A stretch of 10,235 nt of DNA, taken from assembly GCA_964247135.1 (NCBI GenBank), contig CAXTTL010000176.1, forward strand, positions 1-10,235, read 5' to 3'. The stretch is from an uncultured Deinococcales bacterium. Lineage in GTDB: Bacteria > Deinococcota > Deinococci > Deinococcales > JAAFIG01. Positions within the stretch are counted from its first letter, which is position 1. The number at the start of each line of letters is the position of its first letter. The notes beneath the pieces were generated by a model. It did not search any database and was not told where the DNA came from. It worked only from the letters and a program-made list of their open reading frames with translations. Made by a program: the position numbers and the translations under genes. This document shows positions 1-6,178 of this stretch, one piece after another.

Positions 1-69
1 CAATCGGTTGAAAGCCCGATTTGCTTCACGTTCCCCGAGTTTTGACACAACGTTTGCCAACGTGTTCAT
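1..69 (-). CDS. 5' end of a gene running off the window (MNTLANVVSKLGEREANRAFNRL...), possibly a third paralog of the basic repeat proteins
   Basis: ATG at 69-67 preceded by AGGTG (77-73). Open for 23 codons to the window edge. Shares the leader GAAAGCAGG with the genes starting at 1759 and 2786, and lies downstream of a repeat-motif copy. Not in the ORF track. Confidence 0.6.
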   Translation of the reverse strand, partial: MNTLANVVSKLGEREANRAFNRL

Positions 70-102
70 CTGCACCTGCTTTCTCCCAATTGGGATGCCT
101 TT

Positions 103-133
103 GTGCTGGCTCGAGCGGGTTTTTCGAGCTATG
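103..133 (-). promoter_or_regulatory. Double-CTCGAG upstream motif, copy 1 (degenerate)
   Basis: + strand gtgctggCTCGAGcgggtttTTCGAGctatg; one hexamer has a mismatch; 7-nt spacer. Confidence 0.6.
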
Positions 134-147
134 ATTTTTTGGCAAGG

Positions 148-177
148 CTCGAGGTTCCAGTTTTCTGGAACCTCGAG
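148..177. repeat. Perfect 13-bp inverted repeat with CTCGAG ends
   Basis: CTCGAGGTTCCAG-TTTT-CTGGAACCTCGAG, downstream of the 242..688 gene. No U-tract on the minus strand, so a terminator role is uncertain. Confidence 0.7.
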
Positions 178-241
178 TGCCGCCTGTTGCGCGGGAATCC
201 GGTCGGGACCCGAGGATGGGAGGGGCGCAACACCCGAGGTT

Positions 242-688
242 TTAAGCGGCTGCGAACAGGTTGACTTGCCCTGGGCGGATTGCCAGGACTTGCGGGGCGG
301 CTCGCCTTGGCGCTCCGCGAAAAAATTCCAGGTTGTTGATGACAAAGCTTGCCATGTCTTCACTGGTGATTTCAGGTCCGTCGTAGGCGCCGAAACGTTT
401 GGCGAATCCGCCCAGGGTTTGAAGTTGTCCGGGACGTGGTTGTTTGCCGTCGCGCTTTACGCTGAAGTTGTCAAACAATGCTTCCCAGGGGATGAGTGTT
501 GGTTTTTCGCTCGTCCAGATCATGGTTTCAACTCCTTGTGAACGGTGAACCACGAAATTGATGATTTTGTCATTTTTGATTTCCGAGCATTTTTGCAGGT
601 GCGCATGTTGTTGCATGGTGGCGTAAGCGAGGGCTTTTGTGCGGGCGTTGCGGAGGGCGGTTTGCATTTGGATTTCGACTGGATTCAT
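242..688 (-). CDS. Hypothetical protein (148 aa) with a C-terminal QVNLF clamp-binding-like motif
   Basis: Start reassigned to ATG 688 because GAGGTG (700-695) lies 6 nt upstream. Preceded by a motif copy. Confidence 0.75.
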   Translation of the reverse strand: MNPVEIQMQTALRNARTKALAYATMQQHAHLQKCSEIKNDKIINFVVHRSQGVETMIWTSEKPTLIPWEALFDNFSVKRDGKQPRPGQLQTLGGFAKRFGAYDGPEITSEDMASFVINNLEFFRGAPRRAAPQVLAIRPGQVNLFAAA

Positions 689-707
689 GATTTTCACCTC
701 GCTGTAT

Positions 708-740
708 GATCTTGCTCGAGTGGGGTTCTCGAGCCACGGG
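708..740 (-). promoter_or_regulatory. Double-CTCGAG upstream motif, copy 2
   Basis: + strand gatcttgCTCGAGtggggttCTCGAGccacggg, between the stop at 748 and the RBS at 695-700. Confidence 0.75.
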
Positions 741-747
741 TTTGGGT

Positions 748-1215
748 TTAGGTGTTGGGTTTGTCGTGTTGAACCGAGAATTTTCCTGCTGGCAGGTTTT
801 GGGTCATGATGATCTGAATGTGTTTTTCGTCTTTCAACACGATTGAATCGTGTTCCTCACCTTTGGTTTTGTCTGGAATCAAGACCGCGTCGTATCCCGC
901 CGCCCAACAGGCGTTGATGACCTTGGTCTCGAGGTCGTTGAACAGGTACAAGCTTCGTCCCTCGAGGCATCGCTCGAGGGTTTTGCGTTCTGAGCGCTCG
1001 CGAAATATCGCTCTAACGCACTCAGGCTTGGTCAGATCGGCGATTACGGTCTCCTGTGAAATGTTGACCGTGTGAATCAGTCCACCAATTGGCGATTGCT
1101 GATACCACCACGCCGCATCCCAGGTGCTCGAGAGCCAAATGCCTGGACTGCGGGCGTCGGTTTGGAATTTGGATTTGGCGACATCAGTCAAAGTCATGCC
1201 GTGATACGCGATCAT
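748..1215 (-). CDS. Small ADP-ribosyltransferase-fold protein (ART-PolyVal-like), 155 aa
   Basis: Start reassigned to ATG 1215 (RBS GAGGAGG at 1226-1220). Motif order YHG...F...GIWLS...AxxY...GYDAV...E-x-x-x-IVL...HIQI matches the YHGT/GxYF/AxxY/GYDG pattern of H-Y-E-class ART-like domains. Confidence 0.65.
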   Translation of the reverse strand: MIAYHGMTLTDVAKSKFQTDARSPGIWLSSTWDAAWWYQQSPIGGLIHTVNISQETVIADLTKPECVRAIFRERSERKTLERCLEGRSLYLFNDLETKVINACWAAGYDAVLIPDKTKGEEHDSIVLKDEKHIQIIMTQNLPAGKFSVQHDKPNT

Positions 1216-1295
1216 CTTGCCTCCTCGGTTCACTGCAAGGTTTTTGAAAGGTCAAAAGTGTTCGATTCAGTTTTGACTTCTGGTGTTTTGCAATC

Positions 1296-1327
1296 AAAAA
1301 AAGGGGAGGGCGCAATGCGCCCTCCCC
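1296..1327 (-). terminator. Rho-independent terminator of the 1343..1759 gene
   Basis: Stem GGGGAGGGCGC-aat-GCGCCCTCCCC (1303-1327). A7 at 1296-1302 gives a U7 tail on the minus strand. Confidence 0.9.
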
Positions 1328-1342
1328 AGCAGTTCAAAAAGG

Positions 1343-1759
1343 TTAGTTCAATGCTTTTTTCGCTGCCTTGGCGATGGCGCGGCGTCTGGTTTCAGCGTTG
1401 TAGACGGTGAGCGCATCGCCGTGGATCGCTGGCACCTCGAGATTGAACTGGGTCAACAGCGCCACGATCGCGGGTTTGGTTGGACCGGCGAGTTCGGCGG
1501 CGCGTTTTTCGGCGGCGCGTTGCTGAAGTTTCTCGAGTCCATTCGCCCGCTTTTCGCGCCCGACGCCGCTGGCGGTGAGTTCTTCAACCTTTTTCAAGTA
1601 CACATTGACGGCTTTGCCGTGGTTGCTCGGGACTTTCTTGATGCCAATGGTTTGCATCAGTGTTTTCAACTCGGGCTTGGTCGGACCGGCGTTGCGGGTG
1701 GCGATCTTCTTGGCGCGGTTGTTGTTGAGTTTCTCGCGGATTGCTGCGGTGATGTTCAT
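1343..1759 (-). CDS. Basic repeat protein A (138 aa, 2 repeats), putative nucleic-acid binding
   Basis: Start reassigned to ATG 1759, because the longer ORF reads through the motif and leader. Repeats AGPTKPELKTLMQTIGIKKVPSNHGKAVNVY and AGPTKPAIVALLTQFNLEVPAIHGDALTVY. Paralog of 2175..2786. Confidence 0.85.
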   Translation of the reverse strand: MNITAAIREKLNNNRAKKIATRNAGPTKPELKTLMQTIGIKKVPSNHGKAVNVYLKKVEELTASGVGREKRANGLEKLQQRAAEKRAAELAGPTKPAIVALLTQFNLEVPAIHGDALTVYNAETRRRAIAKAAKKALN

Positions 1760-1812
1760 ATTTCCTGCTTTCTGCCCCGTGCTGGGGCGGTGCTGCGTTG
1801 TCCGTTTGGGAC
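1760..1812 (-). promoter_or_regulatory. Conserved two-hairpin 5' leader
   Basis: Minus strand GTCC-CAAAC-GGAC...GCCCC-AGCAC-GGGGC-AGAAAGCAGGAA; near-identical to 2787-2839. Confidence 0.65.
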
Positions 1813-1818
1813 ATCTTT

Positions 1819-1851
1819 GATCTTGCTCGAGCGGGGTTCTCGAGCTACGGG
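1819..1851 (-). promoter_or_regulatory. Double-CTCGAG upstream motif, copy 3
   Basis: + strand gatcttgCTCGAGcggggttCTCGAGctacggg. Confidence 0.75.
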
Positions 1852-2174
1852 TTTGCTTTGGTTTGAGGTCAACCACCTTGTTGGGGACTTGGCTGAATCC
1901 TCGAACCGAAGCCGCTCAAGAGAAATTGAGCTATAGGTTGTTGGTTCTCGAGCTGAGTCTGCCCGAGCTGGTTTTTGTTGCTGCTGAGGCGTTCGGAAGG
2001 GCTGGCGATCACCCTTCATTGACTCTACGAAGCCGAGGCATTGATGCTGGATTGTGAATTCACCGAAAGCGTTTTGCTGGGGCAAAATGGTTCGCCTCGC
2101 CATGGGACGCATCCCAGTCCGGTACGAGAGGGGAGGGTTGAGGTCACGCCGTTTTGGGCGTGATCTTAGGGTGG

Positions 2175-2786
2175 TTAGGCGGCGATGGCTTTGTTTTTCG
2201 TGACTTGGTTGTAAATCAACACCGCCTCGCCGTGCGTTGCTGGCACGTTTAAGCCCAGGCGTTCGAGGTGGTTGACCATGCCTTTGGTTGGGACGCCCGC
2301 GTGTTTGGTGGCTCGAGCGTGGCTGGCTTTGTTCTTCAATTTTTGCAAGCCTCGAGCACGACGGTTTGCGCTGTTTTCAGGCGTTGCACGTTTGGCACAA
2401 AGCTCGTTGTAACGAAGTGCAGCCACGCCATGGATGGCTGGAATATCTTTCTTCTTCATGCCCAAGCGTACCAACAGGTCTTTCAAGGTGGGTGTGGTGG
2501 GACCTTGGTCTTTCTCCAATTTCTTGAAAGCGTTTTTGACCTTTAACTTGTCCAAACTTGCGGCTTGTTTCTCTTCTTGGCTGCGCGTGCCTGTCCTCGC
2601 GGCAACCAAGCTGTTGTACATTTCCACCGCCTCGCCGTGAATGGCTGGCACGTGTTGCGGTTTGACCCCAAGGCGCTCGAGGTTTACCCGCAAGGTGTCT
2701 TTGGTGGCACCCGCATCGCGCATGGCACGTTGGACGAATTTTTGTTCCTCGAGTTTGCTGCGGACTGCTGCCGGCATCTTGCTCAT
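2175..2786 (-). CDS. Basic repeat protein B (203 aa, 3 repeats), putative nucleic-acid binding
   Basis: Three repeats: AGATKDTLRVNLERLGVKPQHVPAIHGEAVEMYN, QGPTTPTLKDLLVRLGMKKKDIPAIHGVAALRYN and AGVPTKGMVNHLERLGLNVPATHGEAVLIYN. K/R-rich, with AGGA upstream of the ATG. Confidence 0.85.
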   Translation of the reverse strand: MSKMPAAVRSKLEEQKFVQRAMRDAGATKDTLRVNLERLGVKPQHVPAIHGEAVEMYNSLVAARTGTRSQEEKQAASLDKLKVKNAFKKLEKDQGPTTPTLKDLLVRLGMKKKDIPAIHGVAALRYNELCAKRATPENSANRRARGLQKLKNKASHARATKHAGVPTKGMVNHLERLGLNVPATHGEAVLIYNQVTKNKAIAA

Positions 2787-2839
2787 ATGTTCCTGCTTTC
2801 TGCCCCGTACTGGGGCGGTTTTGCCTGTCCGTTTGGGAC
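2787..2839 (-). promoter_or_regulatory. Conserved two-hairpin 5' leader
   Basis: Minus strand GTCC-CAAAC-GGAC...GCCCC-AGTAC-GGGGC-AGAAAGCAGGAA; matches 1760-1812. Confidence 0.65.
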
Positions 2840-2845
2840 GCGAAA

Positions 2846-2880
2846 GTTCTTGCTCGAGCGGGGTTTGCTCGAGCTATGGG
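2846..2880 (-). promoter_or_regulatory. Double-CTCGAG upstream motif, copy 4 (9-nt spacer variant)
   Basis: + strand gttcttgCTCGAGcggggtttgCTCGAGctatggg. Confidence 0.75.
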
Positions 2881-2896
2881 TTTCGGGTGTTTGGTT

Positions 2897-2931
2897 AAGA
2901 AACAGGGGAGAGCGTCGAGCGCTCTCCCCTG
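2897..2931 (-). terminator. Rho-independent terminator of the lipoprotein gene
   Basis: 12-bp stem CAGGGGAGAGCG-tcgag-CGCTCTCCCCTG (2903-2931), followed by TTTCTT on the minus strand. Confidence 0.8.
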
Positions 2932-2954
2932 GTCAAAGGTTGTTGAAGTGAAAT

Positions 2955-5201
2955 CTATCTTGGAAAGTAAAACCGTGTAATTAGCGCATCGCTGTTGGGG
3001 ATGATGTTAAAGATGGTGCCCACGACATAGATTTTGCCGTTGAGCGGGTCGCGGGCGACGGCGTTGCCATAATCGTCACTTTCACCGTTTACATCGGTCA
3101 GCCCACAATTGCCGCTGGCTGTGCCGTTGACCGTCAAAAAGCGTTGGCAGGCGATGTCGTGATCGTTCAAAACGCTGCCAAGTGGATTCACCAGGTCACC
3201 GGCGATGATGATATTGCCGTTATTGTCAAGGATGATTGATTTGGCGCTGAGCTTGCCGGCGCTCGAGTATGGATCATTGGAGTTGAAGCCGTCGCCTGAA
3301 AATGTGGTGTCGACCAAGCCGGTCTTCAAAAAGCGTCCGATGGCGAAATCACCGCTCGAGCCACCGGTTGAACCGGCAACCACGATCCGTCCAGCCGCGT
3401 CGACGGTCACGGCGTTGGCTTCCTCGACGCTCGAGCCTGGGAAACTGATTTGCAATTGTCCGGTGGTGTTGATGGTTGGATCTATATTGCCGTTGACGCT
3501 AAGTTTGGCAATGAACCAATCTTTTGTTCCAGCGTTGTCGGTGGTGCCTGCCAAGTAAATTTCGGTGGCGTTCGCGGCGGCGATCCCGCCCAGGACCTCG
3601 TCGAATCCACGATCAACACTTTGCTTGCCGTCGCCGCTAAAATTCACGTCGAGCACACCGGTGTTCAGCACTTTGAAGGTTAGGTAATCCCTCGAGCCGA
3701 CAGCGCCTGTGGTGCCACCAATGTACAGGGTGTCTCCCAGAACCGTCAACGCCGTGCCGGTGTCCATCGTGTTCGCGCCAAAATCCACCACCAGCAAACC
3801 GTCTCCCGAGAAACTGGTGTCAAGTGCGCCGTTGTCCAAAAGGCGCATGATGCCAACTTCGGTGTCACCGTTCACCGTGTCTGTGACCGTTCCAACCACG
3901 TCGATCGCACCGTTGATGTCAACTTTGACCGCGTTGGCGACCGCGTTGCTGTAGCCTGGGCCAAAATTGTAATTGGCGCTGCCGTCTGTGTCAAAGCTGG
4001 TGTCTTTGGTTCCATCGCTGTTAAAACGCCTGACGATAAAATCGCTGCTTGGACTGCCCGAACCCACGACCACCAGGCGGCTCGAGCTGTCAATGATGGC
4101 ACCGTTGGCTTTGTCGTTGGTGGGACTGCCAAAGTTATCACTCAGCGCTCCACCCGACCAGTAGCAGTCATCAATGGAGCCGATGCCGACGTTGAAGCTC
4201 GATGGCAAGAGGTTCGCGTTGGTGAAAGTGCCGCTGGCGTTCGCGGTTGGGATTTGGCAGAGGTTCTCGACGCTTAGGGCTGAAAAGTTTTTGGAGCTGC
4301 CCGCCAACATTTTCACTGTTCCGGTCGGCAAGGTTTTGGCGGCGATCGTGCCTGTGGCTTGTTCTTCGAGACTTTGGGTGGTGCTCGCAAGGGTTTGATT
4401 GCCTGCCGCGAAATCGAACGCAAACGCCCAGGGTCGGCTGGCACGAGTCGAGCCGATCACGAATGGAACCTTAAATGCGAATGTGATGTAGCCTTGGCAC
4501 ACATTGCTGGTGCAACTATTGGCTACCCCAGGTGCGCCGTTGGTCGCACCGATAGCGCGACCCGAATTGGTGGCATTCCGGGCGACGTAGCCGTAACCAA
4601 GCACACCGGCTGTGTTGATGCCATATGCCGCGTTCAATTGTCCTGCAACGTCGGCGCGTTCGCTGGGGCTGATGATTTGCAAGTCCGAGGTGTCAGAGTT
4701 GATCTGCACCTCACCGGTGTAGCTGGGTTTCACGCCGTGAATCGGTTGGATGTTGCGGATTTGCACGCCGTCCGTAATTGCGGCGCCAGCGGCGTTGTTG
4801 ATGACCGTGAACATCGTGCCGAACTGGGTCGGCGTCGGAGCTTCGCCGCTCGGCACCGGAACGTCAAGCGCCCAGGTTGTGAAATTGTTGATTGGGCTGG
4901 CGGTGTTGTTTCGCACACCGAAGGTAGCGTAGACCGTTCTGACGCCAGCCAGTTCGTTGTCGTGGAATCCAACCCCAAGGCGCGTGAAGCCAAAGGATAC
5001 CGAGGGCAGGACGGATGCGGCTCGGGTCTGCTTAGGGCTTTTGATCTTGGCGCTCGCCTCGTTGGTGGTGAGATCAATTTTGACCTCGAGCAAACCGATC
5101 GGCGTTTGTGCCGGGGTTGGAGGTTTGGTGGGTTCGATGCTGGGACAAGCCACCAAACCCAGACTGAGGGCGAGGGCGAAGACGAGGACGGTTTTTTTCA
5201 T
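2955..5201 (-). CDS. Surface lipoprotein (748 aa) with C-terminal delta-60-type beta-propeller repeats
   Basis: Signal peptide MKK plus hydrophobic core plus lipobox LVA-C. RBS AAGGAG (5212-5207). Repeats such as RFNSDGTKDTSFDTDG, RLLDNGALDTSFSGDG, NTGVLDVNFSGDG and RFLKTGLVDTTFSGDG, with G[RK]IVVAG strands. Confidence 0.88.
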   Translation of the reverse strand: MKKTVLVFALALSLGLVACPSIEPTKPPTPAQTPIGLLEVKIDLTTNEASAKIKSPKQTRAASVLPSVSFGFTRLGVGFHDNELAGVRTVYATFGVRNNTASPINNFTTWALDVPVPSGEAPTPTQFGTMFTVINNAAGAAITDGVQIRNIQPIHGVKPSYTGEVQINSDTSDLQIISPSERADVAGQLNAAYGINTAGVLGYGYVARNATNSGRAIGATNGAPGVANSCTSNVCQGYITFAFKVPFVIGSTRASRPWAFAFDFAAGNQTLASTTQSLEEQATGTIAAKTLPTGTVKMLAGSSKNFSALSVENLCQIPTANASGTFTNANLLPSSFNVGIGSIDDCYWSGGALSDNFGSPTNDKANGAIIDSSSRLVVVGSGSPSSDFIVRRFNSDGTKDTSFDTDGSANYNFGPGYSNAVANAVKVDINGAIDVVGTVTDTVNGDTEVGIMRLLDNGALDTSFSGDGLLVVDFGANTMDTGTALTVLGDTLYIGGTTGAVGSRDYLTFKVLNTGVLDVNFSGDGKQSVDRGFDEVLGGIAAANATEIYLAGTTDNAGTKDWFIAKLSVNGNIDPTINTTGQLQISFPGSSVEEANAVTVDAAGRIVVAGSTGGSSGDFAIGRFLKTGLVDTTFSGDGFNSNDPYSSAGKLSAKSIILDNNGNIIIAGDLVNPLGSVLNDHDIACQRFLTVNGTASGNCGLTDVNGESDDYGNAVARDPLNGKIYVVGTIFNIIPNSDALITRFYFPR

Positions 5202-5372
5202 GTGATCTCCTTGACAAAGGTTGACTTTGTTGCGTCGTCAGCCTATGTCGATTGATTGAAGCAAAAGTTGTAAACCCGACAAGTGGGTTTGTTGGTTTTT
5301 CAAAAATAGGGACTGGTTACCCAAAAATGTTGTCATGCGGAGTGTTAGGTTTTTTGGTTATCACCGCTTGAG

Positions 5373-5597
5373 TTAGTCAACCAGTCGGCATTCTTCGAGT
5401 GTTCGGGCATAAAGACGATGGAAGCGCGTACCGTTTTTAAGGACGTTTTTCAAAGCCCAAGTCAATTTGTCGTCGTAAGTCCCATGTACCGGAAATGTCG
5501 AGACGCGCACTCGAGGCTTAATTCGCCAACTGAATCTTGGCTCGTGCGTAACTTTGATATATCGTTCCTCGAGAACAATCGTTTTGATTGGTGGCAT
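5373..5597 (-). CDS. Hypothetical basic protein (74 aa)
   Basis: ATG 5597 lies 7 nt after the stop of the upstream small ORF, with AAGGA as a possible RBS. Co-oriented with its neighbours. Confidence 0.55.
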   Translation of the reverse strand: MPPIKTIVLEERYIKVTHEPRFSWRIKPRVRVSTFPVHGTYDDKLTWALKNVLKNGTRFHRLYARTLEECRLVD

Positions 5598-5604
5598 GAA
5601 CGGC

Positions 5605-5739
5605 TCATTCCTTGGCTCGAGCCGTGTACGCCCGCACCGCGTAGATTTTGATTTGCGTCATTCGCGCTTCACGCTCACGTTTTTGTTTCACGGCGGCTTC
5701 GAATTGAGGAATGATTACTTTGAGAAACCACCTGTTCAT
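5605..5739 (-). CDS. Small hypothetical protein (44 aa): MNRWFLKVIIPQFEAAVKQKREREARMTQIKIYAVRAYTARAKE
   Basis: Manually translated. GGAGA (5750-5746) lies 6 nt upstream of ATG 5739; TGA at 5607-5605. Fills the gap between neighbouring genes and is below the ORF-track size cut-off. Confidence 0.6.
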   Translation of the reverse strand: MNRWFLKVIIPQFEAAVKQKREREARMTQIKIYAVRAYTARAKE

Positions 5740-5769
5740 GTTTTGTCTCCAATCAACACCATAAGTGAA

Positions 5770-5793
5770 GGGAATGCCAAACTTGGCATTCCC
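5770..5793 (-). terminator. Hairpin downstream of the 5811..6065 gene (possible weak terminator or processing stem)
   Basis: GGGAATGCCAA-ac-TTGGCATTCCC; imperfect minus-strand tail TTCACTTAT. Confidence 0.5.
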
Positions 5794-5810
5794 GATTTTG
5801 GATTGCCTTT

Positions 5811-6065
5811 TCAGGCGTTGGCACCGACGCTGCGCGGCGCTGGCGCGGCAAGCACTGAGTAATCAGGGTGACCGTGGCGTTTGGTGAATTCAAACTGGCT
5901 GATGCGGTCCAAGCCTGCCATCTCGAGGTTTTTGAAGTTAGAAACCACTTCTTGCACGCCGTCGTTGACGATCGAAACGAATTCGTGCCCCATTTGTCCG
6001 ATGGTGAACGTGTACTCGTGGTTGCGGATGTTTGCGACCCAACGGCTCAAGTGACGTACTGGCAT
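5811..6065 (-). CDS. Hypothetical protein (84 aa)
   Basis: Start reassigned to ATG 6065 (GGAG at 6074-6071). Lies downstream of motif copy 5 and a two-hairpin leader. Confidence 0.65.
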   Translation of the reverse strand: MPVRHLSRWVANIRNHEYTFTIGQMGHEFVSIVNDGVQEVVSNFKNLEMAGLDRISQFEFTKRHGHPDYSVLAAPAPRSVGANA

Positions 6066-6132
6066 GATGACTCCATTCAATGCGGTGTCCGCATTTTGAA
6101 CTTGCCCTGAGAGCGTCTCAGGTTCTGGAGTT

Positions 6133-6163
6133 GACCTTGCTCGAGTGGGTTTCTCGAGCTACG
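6133..6163 (-). promoter_or_regulatory. Double-CTCGAG upstream motif, copy 5
   Basis: + strand gaccttgCTCGAGtgggtttCTCGAGctacg. Confidence 0.75.
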
Positions 6164-6178
6164 CTGTTGAATTTGGGC

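Noticed and set aside
8-541. 177-aa plus-strand ORF
   Set aside because: Antisense to better-supported minus-strand genes, runs through the motif and hairpins, and has no recognisable features.
1250-1278. GGTCAAAA...TTTTGAC inverted repeat shared with 7216-7238 as a common operator
   Set aside because: The spacers differ (13 versus 7 nt) and there are only two instances. The second is adequately explained as a terminator stem.
1760-1876. N-terminal extension of the 1343..1876 ORF
   Set aside because: It translates the repeat motif and the conserved leader. Comparison with the paralog places the start at 1759.
1283-1936. 217-aa plus-strand ORF, and similar antisense ORFs at 4359..5255, 6212..6757, 7902..8456 and 8958..9473
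   Set aside because: Shadow frames of well-supported minus-strand genes, with no independent RBS or domain evidence.
1756-2112. 118-aa minus-strand ORF
   Set aside because: No SD sequence, and it reads through the motif and leader. The recurring peptides (ARE.RSSK, SSRTPLEQ) in such ORFs are translations of the DNA motif.
2085-2116. ATGGGAC resembling the 3' end of the HDV ribozyme
   Set aside because: I could not build the nested double pseudoknot; a short match like this is expected by chance.
5608-5622. ttccttggCTCGAGc as a ninth motif copy
   Set aside because: Only one hexamer, located inside the 44-aa ORF, and CTCGAG is abundant anyway.
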